A program made the translations under genes and the position numbers. A stretch of 63,851 bases of DNA, filler included, from Octopus bimaculoides (lineage: Eukaryota), in assembly GCF_001194135.2 (NCBI RefSeq). It is 5 parts of 5 records of this genome, joined end to end, with 100 filler letters (N's around TTAATTAATTAA, not from the genome) between each part and the next. Parts side by side here need not be neighbours in the genome. Positions count along the whole stretch, not along the records: positions 1 to 24,422 come from NC_068994.1; positions 24,523 to 36,695 come from NC_068986.1; 3 more parts are not named here. One strand, written 5' to 3'. This document shows, piece by piece, positions 12,181 to 24,631 of the stretch. The notes under the pieces were generated by a model that had not been told where the DNA came from, did not search any database, and was given only the letters and a program-made list of their open reading frames with translations. Position 1 is the stretch's first letter. The number at the start of each line of letters is the position of its first letter.

Positions 12181-12953
12181 GGGGAAAAACTACAAGTAGT
12201 TGATAGCTTCTGTTACCTAGGTGACTAAGTCAGTAGTGGGGGTGGATGCACTGAGAATGTAGCTGCTAGAATAAGAATAGCCTGGGCAAAGTTCAGAGAG
12301 CTCCTACCTCTGCTAGTGACAAAGGGCCTCTCACTCAGAGTAAAAGGTAGTCTGTATGACGTATGTATGTGAACAGCCATGCTACATGACAATGAAACAT
12401 GGGCCATGACTGCTGAGGACATGCATAAGCTTGCAAGGAATGAAGCTAATATGCCCGCTGGATGTGTAATGTCAGAGTGCATACACAACAGAGTGTAAGC
12501 ACCCAAAGAGAAAAGTTGGACAGAAGAAGCATCAGATGTGGTGTGCAAGAGAGACAACTGCGCTGGTATGGTTATGTGTTGTATATGGATGAGGAAAGCT
12601 GTGTGAAAAAGTGTCACACCCTAGCAGTAGAGGGAACCTGTAGAAGAGGTAGACCCAGGAAGACCTGGGATGAAGTCGTGAAGCACGACCTTCACATGTT
12701 GGGCCTCACTGAGGCGATGACAAGTGACCAAGACCTTTAGAGATATGCTGTGCATGAGAAGATCTGGCAAGCCAAGTGAGACCATAACTGTGGCCTATGC
12801 CAGTGCAGCATATCCAGCCCATTTAAGAGTACCCTTCAATCACTGGGCAATAAACTGTGCTTGCAAAGACCTGTTGAGGCAAGTGAAGTCATTGTCATGG
12901 CCGATGACAGTGCCGCCTGACTGGCTCCCATGCCAGTGGCATGTAAAAAGCAC

Positions 12954-12954
<1 letters not shown>
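12181..12954 (+). mobile_element. RTE-clade LINE, 5'-truncated (RT C-terminus plus 3' UTR)
   Basis: VVDSFCYLGD...AARIRIAWAKFRELLPLL...QERQLRWYGYVLYMDEESCVKKC...RRGRPRKTWDEVVKHDL; contains stops and frameshifts. Confidence 0.9.
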
Positions 12955-12984
<30 letters not shown>

Positions 12985-13149
12985 CACAAGTGATCTATAG
13001 GTGCAGATAACGGTTCTATTTGAACCCCCCAAAAAAAACCAAAGTGAACTTTTCGATGCCCGAATGGGTTCACATGATAGCATGGATACATGAGATTTAG
13101 TTGGTTTATACATATTAAACCATGTTTATTCAAAATTTCCTAGCCATAG

Positions 13150-14240
13150 CATCAGTATATACTATGACAATATTTTAGCAGTATCACACAATTATGATGG
13201 CCATGCTATGAATTCCTTTAGAAAGCAATTAATTTCTCCCTTCAACTCTTTAGGACTCAAGATATCTTTCAATACCAACCTAACTAGAACTGATTTTTTA
13301 GATGTTTCCTTGGATCTCAAAACTATTTCATATAGGCCCTTCCACAAGACTAACGAGAACCTTAAATATATTAATAAATACTCCTGTCACCCACCTATTG
13401 TATTTTAAGATTTAATTCTAAATATTAGCTGCAGGATCGTAACCTTTCTTCTTCCAAAAAAACACTCAAAAAGGCTGCCCCATATTATAGGCCCTACAAG
13501 ATAACAACTTTATTGATAAAATCTTCTATGACCCCCCCACCCCCACTTCCCTTATCATCTAAGCATAAGAGTAGGTCTTAGAAAGTTTTATGGTTTGCCC
13601 CCCCCCCCTCCGCCATCTCCCTTAATGTTAGGACAAATACAGGTAGAAGATTCTTGCACTTAGTAGATATCCACTTCCCTAAAACCCATAGAGATAATAA
13701 AATCTTTAACAGACACATTATAAAAGTTATGTTTTCTTGTCTCCCAAATGTTAAGTCATATATCAATAAGCGATGGACAACTCAAGCCTGCCCAGATGCA
13801 CATGTAGAGACAAATCTATATGTCCTCTAAGACAGGAGTGCAATATGTCTTCTGTTATTTATGAAGTACAGGTTTTGGCAAGATATCAAATGTTATATTG
13901 GAACCATGGAAGGAAAATTTAAATCTAGATATAACAATCATCTTTCAAATTTTAGGTACCATGATAAGAGACATTCAGTATTCCTTTTGGCTTTAATCTG
14001 GAAACTTAAAGATAAAGAGACCATCAAATGGAAAATCCTCTCCAAATCCAGACCCTATGTTAATGGGTCTAAAAATTGTTTAGTGTATTCTCTTGAAAAA
14101 CCATATATCTTAAAAAACTTGAGAGCCCCTAATGAATACATAAATTCAAGGAATGAGATCTTTTCAGTATTCTCGTATTTCAAGAAATACATTTTGTTGG
14201 AATTTAAAAGTAAACCACCAGTCATTTTGTAAACCATTAA
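13150..14240 (+). mobile_element. Penelope-like element relic (RT thumb, linker, GIY-YIG endonuclease)
   Basis: TDFLDVSLDL...YRPFHKTNENLKYINKYSCHPP, linker HFPKTHRDNKIFNRH, then CYIGTMEGKFKSRYNNHLSNFR...IWKLKD...WKIL...SRPY. Confidence 0.85.
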
Positions 14241-14382
14241 CATTTGGTTTACATCTGCTCAACATTGAATTATTGTAATGTTGGTTATCGCCCTTCTCTT
14301 TTTCTTCTTATCTTCTTCTTTACCGGCATCTTTTGTTTAAATGTTATCTGCTCAAAAGACAATTGATAAATGGTCCTGTTTT

Positions 14383-14439
14383 CAGCTTGATAAATGGCAG
14401 AATAAATCATTATTTCAGCATGGAAACCCTGGGTAGCTG
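14383..14439 (+). ncRNA. Degenerate type I hammerhead 3' of the Penelope ORF
   Basis: CAGC-TTGATAA...GAAAC-CCTGG-GTA-GCTG. Helix I CAGC/GCTG is intact, the core differs from CTGATGA by two transitions and helix II is poor. Confidence 0.45.
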
Positions 14440-14532
14440 CATTTAAGAAGATTTGCAGTTTTATTATAAAATTATCTTTTCTCCTAGCTGATTGAGTGCT
14501 TTCCTACTTGTAGAAACATTACCACATAATGT

Positions 14533-14574
<42 letters not shown>

Positions 14575-14689
14575 NNNNNNNNNNNNNNNNNNNNNNNNNN
14601 NNNNNNNNNNNNNNNNNNNNNNNNNNNNNNNNNNNNNNNNNNNNNNNNNNNNNNNNNNNNNNNTGTGTGTGTGAGTGTGTGCACGCGCG

Positions 14690-14736
<47 letters not shown>

Positions 14737-15109
14737 ATGCATGTATTATGTTATATTTTATGTAGGCGAGTAGTATATCCTTGATTAGGGCTGGTCAGAA
14801 AGTTATTGGTTCCATCTCTAATATTGCCCTTGACAATGTAGGTGACTCATCAGACCTTGCTGGAAGCACATATTCTCTGTCTCTTAGTATACATGAAACC
14901 AATGGTAACTTTCTAACCAGCCACAACCAAGGATAGACCACTAGACAACCTGTGTTGGTTTGCCTATGTCCTTGTAATGTAGTATTTTAATAAAAAGAGA
15001 CTGATAGGAAAAGGACCAGGCTTAAAAGAAATAAGTGAAAGATATTTAAAAGATTCTTTAAATATGAAGCAGTCCTTCCTAGACTAATAAGAATGCTGTC
15101 CATAATGGT

Positions 15110-15620
15110 CCTCCTAAACCCTCGTGAGTCAACCTGTGGGAAAGACATGGGTATGGAATGGTTCCTAACAGGCCAGCATTTGGTGAAGAAAGGACTGGGC
15201 ACAGTGATTAGAGCAAGGCTTGGAGATTGTTGGATATAACAAAAGTAATGAGAGGAAGAGAGATGTGTGGGTTAGGAATGCTTGAGTAGATATGGCATGA
15301 GCTCAGCCAGATCCAAGGAATAGATGTCATTATAATAGTGATGGAGAAGATAGTATACCAGTGGGACAGAGGTTGGAGCATATTTGTGAGTGATTTTATG
15401 CCACCTTGTGGACCTTTTCTGAATTGAGTCTAAGATGATATATGCAGCAGCTTCCCTCATGAAAATGCTACACTGTTGTGGACCTCCTATAAACTTTTTA
15501 GAGTGTCAATGGAGACAAAGCATCATCTGAAAATGTTGTGTGTGCATTAAAAAATTGCATGAGAGTCATGTTAGAGTTGAATATCAAGGCTGGAAGCTTT
15601 GTTAAGAGCAGAAAGAGAAG
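15110..15620 (-). mobile_element. CR1/L2/Jockey-group LINE RT C-terminal relic
   Basis: Minus strand ...AAAYIILDSIQKRSTR...YYNDIYSLDLAELMP...HVFPT... resembles the ends of AP-endonuclease LINE RTs. Confidence 0.6.
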
Positions 15621-16712
15621 TATATATTTATAATGGAATGCATGATAAGTTTGTGAGATGTTGCCACAATTGCAACTTTTCGATTGTTATTGATGTTGAA
15701 CTCCAAGCCAACTTTTAAGAAATAGATCTATGAACAAAAGCTTTCCAACCATAACCATCCCATCTTTTGCATTTTTTTTTCTTTTTTCACAGAGTGCATT
15801 TTTTTCTAGATGCAAGGATGTAGCTTGAAGTAGATTTGTCTCCTATGTCTGCCAGATCAAACAACTTTGTCTATGATATATTTGATTGAAACCTTTATTC
15901 TTATGACATTTCTTGCTTCTAGATATGTAATAACAACTTAATGTCTGATGAAACATGTGAAACTTCTTTTCTCTTTCACAAGAATATGATTCCAGTCAGT
16001 GGTTACAGACTGGACATTACCATTATTTCAGTGGTGGGGAATTGAGATTATTTAAAACAACATTATGAAGGAAAACATTCTTAAGAAGATGAATTTGTTG
16101 TTACTTCTTTGAAAGTTATATCCCATTATATTTTTATATTCAAATATGCTACAAGGTGGAGATAAGCACATATAAGTGTCAGGAGATGTTGAACCAAAAG
16201 TTTGAGAATCCCTAAACAAGTAAAACCATGTTCTTTACTTTTCTTACTTTATTTACTTTACAGACTTATATTATCTTGATATTTATAGTTTTATATAACC
16301 ATATATAACATGTGTGTATGATAAATTATATAATATAAAACCACATTGAAATACAAGTTCAAAACTGAAGAAAACACAAACATAAGCAAAGAAAGAAAAA
16401 GAAGAAAAAAAAGAAAGAAAAATATCAGTTCAACACTAAGTACTTTAATTGATCACACACCACAAGATTCAATGGAAACTATTGAAGCAAGCCAACTTGC
16501 TTGCAGAATTACCACAAGTGATGGTGAGGCTAAGGCATTAGAACAGCTAAGCACCCTCACTGGTATCATGAGCATCACAGGCATCCCTAAATTAGAGTGA
16601 AATTGCAAATGTAAATTTCTTCTCTAAAGTGATGTTTAACCTTAAGTAAGAGTGTGTTGTTGTTTTATTGGGATGCCTTGACCGATCCTTCCATCACTGG
16701 TTATTGTTTGGG

Positions 16713-17012
16713 TGTGAAGGCGCGTGGCTTAGAGGTTAGGGCATTCGGCTCATGATTGTAAGGTTGTGAGTTCAATTCTTGGCAACACGTTGTGCCCTTG
16801 AGCAAGACACTTTATTTCACGTTGCTCCAGTTCACTCAGCTGGCAAAAATGAGTAGTACCTGTATTTCAAAGGGTCGACCTTGTGACACTCTGTGTCACG
16901 CTGAATCTACCTGAGAACTACGTTAGGGGTACACGTGCCGGTGGATTGCTCAGTCACTTGCACGTTAATTTCACGAGCAAGCTGTTCCCTCGTCATTGTA
17001 ACCGATGGAGTG
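16713..17012 (+). mobile_element. tRNA-derived SINE family 2
   Basis: A-box-like TGGCTTAGAGG and B-box-like GAGTTCAATTC. The body CACTTGCACGTTAATTTCACGAGCA is shared with 26043-26392 and 37123-37392. Confidence 0.8.
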
Positions 17013-17129
17013 ATCCTTCCTTCTTCTTATTGTTTGGGTGCAAATGCACAAACTTGGCTTTATAGTTAGTTATTCATTACTTTCTTTTAAGTGAGACATG
17101 TATCTGTCTTGGCTATTGATTTGTGTGAT

Positions 17130-17400
17130 TATCACCATCTACATCATTATTTAGCATCTATTTTCCATGCCAGCATAGGTTAGTTGGCTTGACTGGAACT
17201 GGTAAGTCAGAGAGCTACACCAGGCTTCATTTTGTTATGGCTTCGTTTTTATGACTGGATGCCCTTCCTAATGCCATCCACTTTATGCTGGATATCTTTT
17301 ATGTGTCACTGGCACAGGTGCCTTTAACGTGTCACTGGCATGGGTGCCTCTTACAAATCACCAGCACAGGTGCTTTTGATGTGTCACCAGCACAGGTACC
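17130..17400 (-). mobile_element. RTE LINE 3' end with short internal ~26-bp repeats
   Basis: TTTTCCATGCCAGCAT...GGATGCCCTTCCTAATGCCA, then CACTGGCACAGGTGC-type repeats. Confidence 0.6.
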
Positions 17401-18550
17401 TTTTGATCAATAATGAACTTTTTTATTAAATTATAACCATTCCTACTGTGGCCAACACATCTTTTTAAGCATACTCTTGCATAATTGACCTCTGTTTCAT
17501 ATTTGTTGCTTTTGTTTAGATGGTAGATACTAGTTTGAAGAAAATATAGCTGCTATTTCTAGAAGGTCAAGCTACCGAGATGCTTTTGTTGGTTGTTAAC
17601 TTGTCTAATGAAGATAAGAGTAACATTAGTAATATGGTGAGTGCTGCTAAATATATGGTAAAATTCCAAGCCAGCCAAGTCTTCCACGTGATTTTCATTG
17701 AAACAATTTCCCTTTATTTATACTAAAAATATTCTTGTAAAAGCTCGAACATTATAACATGTATTTCTTGCCCTTAAAAATCTGGGGCTTGTGCCAAATG
17801 AAACAGAAACTTATATGATTTATAAAGTGGGATTTTATTTTAAATTCTTGTTTCTCTAATATTTTGGGCAACGGCTTTTATTTGTTCTGTGTTATCTATT
17901 ATGGATAAGTAATGTAAATATGAATATGCATATGTAAGCATATTACTAAAATTGGTAAAACAAGATAAATACTTGTACTTAGGAGAGATGGAAGTGTCTA
18001 GATCCATGCTGGGAGGTGGAACTTCTACTAAAACAAATGAGCAATGTGTACAATAGGTGCAGGTGTGGATGTGTGGTAAGAGGCTTGCTTCCCAACCACA
18101 TGATTCTCCAGGATCAGTCTCACTATGTGGCACTTTGGGCAAGCATGTTCTGCTATAGCTTCAGGCTGACCAAAACCTTGTGAGTTGATTTGGTAGATGG
18201 AAACTGAAAAAGGCTCAATATATATATGTGCGTGTGTCTTTGTTCAGCACTGTTTGACTGTTGGTGTTGGCATGTCTCTGTAACTTAGCGGTTTGACAAA
18301 GAGACCAATAGAATAAGAACCAGGCTGAAAGAAAAAGAAAAAAAGTACTGGGTTCGATTCATTTGCCTAAAAATTCTTCAAGGTGGTGCCCCAGCATGGT
18401 CACAGTCTAACGGCTGAAACAAGCAAAAGATAAAAGATTAATATTCTACAAAAACGTCTGAGCATGAAGATTATTACCATATGACAATGATGATGATGAT
18501 AATGACGATGGTGGTGGTGGTGGTGGAGGAGGAGATGGATTTGATGACAT

Positions 18551-18581
<31 letters not shown>

Positions 18582-19063
18582 ATCTTGTTTTATGAGTTTA
18601 TAATTTTCCATAATGTTAGGTTTTATACAAAAGATATATAGATGTCTTATATGACATTATAAATATTTTGGAAAACATTTCAAAGACACCTTGAATAGAA
18701 CATATATATATATATATATTCAGGTAAATTTGAATATAAGTGATATGTGGTCAAATAGATAAAATATTGAATTGTTAAATTTGAGGTTGAGTTTAAATCT
18801 ACAACAGAAGACATTTTATTGTTTATAAGCCAAGACGTATTACTTTACCTCAAGTCATCTACTTGTCAGCTGTCATCCAGACAGCTATAGATAAATGAAG
18901 TGTATGGTGATATTTTCTGATTTATGGACCACAGACCAATACATACATACATACACACATACATACATACATACATACATATATACATACATACATACAT
19001 AACCTCGTGTATATCGTTGGCGATTTTTTCTTCCTCCGTCTTCCCTTCTTTGGACTTTCCTGT

Positions 19064-19098
19064 ATTTCCGACGAAGAGCTCCGCTTGAAACGTCAAAT
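19064..19098 (+). ncRNA. 35-nt minimal hammerhead motif (CCGACGA core variant) within a short repeat (~19010-19170)
   Basis: ATTT-CCGACGA-A-GAGC-TCC-GCTT-GAAAC-GTC-AAAT. Helix I ATTT/AAAT, helix II GAGC/GCTT, helix III palindrome ACGT. Confidence 0.55.
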
Positions 19099-19335
19099 TT
19101 TCCTTTTTTCCTTTCCTGAGCGTCCAGTAATACAATATCTGTAACAAACCCTCACGTTGTTATTTTTTGTTGTTTTTTTGTCGTTTTTCTTTTTTGAATT
19201 CACTACATACATACATACATACATACATACATACATACATACATACATACATACACACATACACACATACATACATACAAACATACATACATACATACAA
19301 ATATACATACATACATACATACTTACATACCTACA

Positions 19336-19369
<34 letters not shown>

Positions 19370-19522
19370 CATGGGATATGAGATATGTAACGAACTGCCT
19401 CAACAAAAACCTGGAAAAATTAGGGTTCTCAAAACCTGAAAGAAAAAGGCTGATTAGAAGACTACAGATTCAAGCCATCAATGGAACTGTAAAGATATGT
19501 AAAACTTTCTAAAAGTTTAGCA

Positions 19523-19684
19523 CATAAATACATATACATGCATCTAGACATGAAAATATATACATAAAAACGTATCCGTAAACCAAACATACAAATCTGC
19601 GCATAAATACATATACATGCATCTAGACATGAAAATATATATATAAAAACACATCCATAAAACAAACATACAAATCTGCGCATA
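19523..19684 (+). repeat. 79-bp tandem duplication (two copies)
   Basis: CATAAATACATATACATGCATCTAGACATGAAAATATAT...CAAACATACAAATCTGCG starts at 19523 and again at 19602. Confidence 0.9.
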
Positions 19685-20106
19685 CACTAACACCAAATAC
19701 TGCACACACACACATATGCACAAATACCTAGATGATGTTGATAAAAGTTCCAATGAAAGAGCCTTGAATCTATGTTAGAGTCCGGCTCTTTCTCTATTGA
19801 CAAGAAATACAGAAATGAAACTGATTGATAACGTGCATACATGCATACATACATACGTTTTTCTTTCATCTGTTTCAGTCATTAGATGCGACCATACTGA
19901 GGCACTGCCTTGAAGAACTTTTAGTCAAATGAATCAACCCCAGTACTTAATTTTTTTTTAAAGCCTGGTACTTATTCTGTTGGTCTCTTTTTGCCGAACT
20001 GCTAAGTTATGGGGATGTAAACAAATCAACACTAGTTGCCAAATAGTGGTGGGGGACAAACACAGGCACAAAGACACACACACACACAGTAAAATCTTTT
20101 TGTCAA

Positions 20107-20490
20107 TGTAAGGTGGCAGTCCTGCGTAGGACTATGTTCCTACCTTTTAACTCCAGGAAAACATCTTTTCTAGATGGTTATCGACACATGATTTATGTCT
20201 GAAATTTACTGTGAGCAAGGGAGCATACTACTCCCTCCAAGCCACTAGCAGTACCATCAGACCAATGGTTTCTGGGTAATTTCCTGTCCTTGGTGGTGAA
20301 CAACTGCCGGCCAGAGACAGCAGCTTATTCGACTCTCCTCACAGTATATAAACATAGAAGTGACAGACAGTCACTGACCTCATAATGAGTAAAACAGCTG
20401 GTTTTGAATCTCTGAATGGGATCTAAGTAGTAACTATACTGCATAGTAAACACACAGGAAAACATCTTTTCCAGCTAGTTATTGACTACA
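20107..20490 (+). mobile_element. LTR/pLTR-like fragment with a 35-bp direct repeat at 301-bp spacing
   Basis: CAGGAAAACATCTTTTC...GTTAT(C/T)GAC at 20154 and 20455. TATATAAA at 20345. Hammerhead-like remnant at 20370-20405. The segment begins TGT and ends ACA. Confidence 0.45.
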
Positions 20491-20643
20491 GGGCTTCTTT
20501 CAGTTTCCATCTATCAAATCCACTCACAAGGCTTTGGTCAACCTGAGGCTAGAGTAGAAGACTCTTGCTCAAGGTGCCACATAGTAGGATTGAACTTGGA
20601 ACCATGTGGTTGGGAAGCAAGCTTCTTACCACATACCCATGCC

Positions 20644-20682
<39 letters not shown>

Positions 20683-20683
<1 letters not shown>

Positions 20684-21093
20684 CTCTTTACTTGTTTCAG
20701 TCATTTGACTGCGGCCATGCTGGAGCACCACCTTTAGTTGAGAAAATCGACCCCAGGACTTATTCCTTGTAAGCCTAGTACTTATTCTATCGTTCTCTTT
20801 TTGCTGAACTGCTAAGTTACAGGGACATAAATACACCAGCATCGGTTGTCAAGCAATGGTGGGGGGACAAACACAGACACACAAACACACATACATATAT
20901 ATATACATATATATATATATACATATATATGACAGGCTTCTTTCAGTTTCCGTCTACCAAATCCACTCACAAGGCTTTGGTCAGCCCGAGGCTATAGTAG
21001 AAGACATTTGCCCAAGGTGCCACGCAGTGGGACTGAACCCAGAACCATGTGGTTGGTAAGCAAGCTACTTACCATACAGCCACTCCTGCACCT
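20683..21093 (-). mobile_element. tRNA-derived SINE family 1, full length (partial head copy at ~20485-20645)
   Basis: Reverse complement of 21735-22136. Confidence 0.9.
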
Positions 21094-21734
21094 ATTTATT
21101 TTATTTATTTATTTATGTGTTTCAGCCAAGTGGCTGCGGTCATGCTGGTGCAAACACACACAAACACATGCACACATATGTGCATGTGGATGAGGAATGA
21201 AAAAAAACAGATATTTGGGTGAATGTGCATGCATGTGTATGTATATATATATATGCATGTGTTGTTGTTTAAGTTGTTTTTCATTACTTGAAGTTTCTCA
21301 CTAGAAGGGTGTTCACCAAATGGTATTCAGTGAAGTGAGAGAGTTAACTGCAAATGTTTGGCTGCTCTGTTTGTTTATAATCAATAACCAGTTTCCAATT
21401 CAGTGCTTCTGCCCAACAGAATTTGCTTTGGTGATAATATGCTAGTATTATGTCTATCATTTTGTTTAGAATATTAATTTGGTTATTATAATTTTGTTTT
21501 TTAACCTCTTATACACTCTTAACATTGCTTTGCTCATTTAGAGCAGGATATTCTGCATTCAGCAAATATCAAATTGCTCTGTAATTTAAGAAATTTTTTT
21601 TCATGTCATGCCCATCTAGACAACGATGTAGTAGTCTTCTTTTTCTGATTCCTGATAGCAGATTTGTGATTGAGGCAAAAATATCTAAAGCTGCTTTCAC
21701 TCATACAAATATGAGGTTATTTTTTTCATACATA

Positions 21735-21899
21735 GGCGCAGGAGTGGCTGTGTGGTAAGTAACTTGTTTACCAACCACATGGTTCCGGGTTCAGTCCCAC
21801 TGTGTGGCACCTTGGGCAAGTGTCTTCTACTATAGCCTCTGGCTGACCAAAGCCTTGTGAGTGGATTTGGTAGACGGAAACTGGAAGAAGCTCGTCATG

Positions 21900-21934
<35 letters not shown>

Positions 21935-22136
21935 TTGTGTGTCTGTCTTTGTCCCCCCACCATCGCTTGACAACCAATGGTGGTGTGCTTACGTCCCCGT
22001 AACTTAACGGTTCGGCAAAAAGAGACCGATAGAATAAGTACTAGGCTTACAAAGAATAAGTCCTGGGGTCGATTTTCTCGACTAAAGGCGGTGCTCCAGC
22101 ATGGCCGCAGTCAAATGACTGAAACAAGTAAAAGAG
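21735..22136 (+). mobile_element. tRNA-derived SINE family 1, full length
   Basis: Head GGCGCAGGAGTGGCTGTGTGGTAAG...GGTTCAGTCCCAC (A/B-box-like), internal (TA/TG)n tract and tail GAAACAAGTAAAAGAG. More than 10 full or partial copies in the window (also ~8440, 9270, 18060, 19870, 58165, 59040, 59360). Confidence 0.9.
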
Positions 22137-23109
22137 TGTACTACACACCTGAGATATTACCTTTGCTTAGTAGATAACTATTTTGTTGAACATTTTCAAA
22201 TAAGAAGACAAATCTTTTTAATCTGACAGTTACTTTGTTTTTCTGGATATTGTTATGTATAACTCTTGAAAACTTAATTATTATTTGGACAAAATTTCTT
22301 TTCAGGAAGAGAATTGAAAATGCTTAAAAGAAATTCTTCCAGCTCTTTATATTTTGAGTTTAAGTCCTGCTGAGGTTAACTTTGCCTTTCATCCTTTCAG
22401 GATCAAAAATAATCCACCAGTCAAGTACTCGGGTGATGTAATCTACTTTTCCCCACCCCATATTCAGTCATTGTGCTTATATTAGAAACTATATTTAAAA
22501 TAAAAGTCTTTAGAAATTATCTCTCCTTTTCTTTGTGAGTCACTCATGCTTGATACTAGGCTTTTGTTTCTTTCTCTAATAAAGAGGACTTTTTAATTCA
22601 TTGAAAATTTTTGCACACATCATTCAATATACCAACACCTATCTGCTGACACACACCCAAATTCTTTCTCATGAATAATAAAAGATCCTCAGAAGCATAA
22701 TAAATGACAGCTGACTTCAATAATAATGTAGGCATTATAAAATACAAAGACTGTAATTTATACAGATAACAATAAATTTTATTCTTAATCTGCTGGTGTG
22801 TACAGTTGACTAAAAGACTGAGTGAGTGAAAATGAAATAATGGTTTATAAGTGTAATCTCTGTTTACAAAATGCAGGAATAAATGCATATTACAGTCCAG
22901 ACCTTTCTCACATGAAGTTATATTGAGTGCTTATATGTTTTCATATGACAAAATTAGCAAAATACATACACACATTCACACACATGTATGTGCACTGTAG
23001 TATGAGGGTTGAAGAGCAATTCACCTACCTCTCAGGTTCTCTTGCAGTGTTGACTTTCCAGCTGGGTTGCATCCAAAAGCATCCTACCCGCCTAACCTCT
23101 GGCCAGACC

Positions 23110-23990
23110 TAACAGCAAATTCCCTCTAGCTGATACATCCACACATGTCCATATACCATAGTCACCCTGAAGCAAAGAGGCCCATGCTGGTTCTACTGAG
23201 AAGTTAGTATATATAGAGCATACCCTCCCCACCACCAAACCCAAAGAGAACCAGAAAGAAAATGATAATCTGGTTCAATTCCCCATTTAGCCTAAGAATT
23301 TCAGACAACATAGCTAGGAGCATCCTGATGCTAATTAAGAAACACTTCTCTAGTACCCTTAAGCATGATAAACTTTTAGCCCTGACAATATCAAGGTCAG
23401 TTACTCCTGCCTAGACAACATTTCTTCAAATGTCACAAACTACAATAGATGCAAGCACACACCAAGACATTTCTTCTAATGTCACACACTACAGTTGATG
23501 CAACACCAACACAGCCTCCAATACACACCCCAATTGCAACTGCCAAAATTCTACCTCTGCGAGGATCCGACCTATCGAGGGATGTAGTCTATAGAGTCAT
23601 CCTCACACCTTCCAGTGGCATTACAAGAACTCCATGGTCATGACAATCAGTGTTTGCAATGGAAGGTATTCACAGTATATGCATTCTTTCAGCTGCAGGT
23701 ATTGGGAAAACTTCATCTTCTTGTCTTGTTTTATCTGGATATTCTGTGACTACTGGAATGACTTCTCTAGCATTGAATGGAGTATCATTGGCAGGGCCCC
23801 TCTGTACTCATTGAAGCTTCCAATTGCCAACTTTGCCTCCATGAGAGATGAGAAATTACACATACTCCACCTCCCTTCTTCCACCCTCAAAAGTTATACA
23901 TATAGTACCACTACACACATTTTATTTCCATTAGAACACCAACCTTAAAGACACACATTTACCATTAAAACTTTTTTCCAGAAAACTCTT
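23110..23990 (+). mobile_element. Penelope-like element relic (linker plus GIY-YIG)
   Basis: RKKMIIWFNSPFSLRISDNIARSILMLIKKHF...IKVSYSCLDNIS, then GRYSQYMHSF...FIW...EWSIIGRAPLY...EKLHILH. Confidence 0.8.
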
Positions 23991-24422
23991 GTCAACTTGC
24001 AACAAAACCACCTCCTGAGATGATGTTTTTGATAATAACAAACATAACTCTTAACTTAATCCCCCACTCGATTTGTTTCATAACTTTTTCACAGCACCCA
24101 CAAACCGGATGTGTCTATTCACCTCCAATAATAGTGTGCGGTCATCATATATCATTCCTTAATGGCGACCTCTGAAGAGTGCAGGATTACATAAATGTAC
24201 TGTTACCTAACACTCTGTTGAACCCCTAGTGGGAAACCGATCAGTAAGATTGGCCAAGTGAAAGAGATAGATCTCTTGAAAAAAAGCCAAGGATTAGTGA
24301 CAGAAAGAGTATCCAGCTATAAAACAATGCCTCAATAATATATTTGTCTAATCCATGTTTTCATGGGAAAATGGATGTAAGATGAACAATATATATGTAT
24401 GTATATATATATATATATATAT

Positions 24423-24522
24423 NNNNNNNNNNNNNNNNNNNNNNNNNNNNNNNNNNNNNNNNNNNNTTAATTAATTAANNNNNNNNNNNNNNNNNNNNNN
24501 NNNNNNNNNNNNNNNNNNNNNN
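24423..24522. other. 100-bp scaffold join with artificial linker (44 N + TTAATTAATTAA + 44 N)
   Basis: The same construct occurs at 36696-36795, 50820-50919 and 62683-62782. Confidence 0.95.
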
Positions 24523-24592
24523 ATATATATATACAATCGTATGTGTGGTTGTGTCTGTCTGTGTCTGTGTGTATTATTGCGTGTGTACGTGC

Positions 24593-24631
<39 letters not shown>

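Noticed and set aside
15944-15966. CTGATGA-AACATGT-GAAAC hammerhead-like string
   Set aside because: No room for a helix II loop, no NUH after helix III and no helix I.
16346-16600. 84-aa ORF and possible exon in non-repetitive sequence
   Set aside because: No recognisable protein motif, no consistent splice pair and a TTG start.
22598-22888. Possible minus-strand exon (SLYFIMPTLLLKSAVIYYASEDLL...)
   Set aside because: Weak splice context and no recognisable homology. Similar weak candidates at 651-885 and 7728-7850 are also unsupported.
24010-24060. CTGAGATG-ATGTTT...AAACAT hairpin after the 23-kb Penelope relic
   Set aside because: The stem is present but the core is irregular and GAAAC is absent.
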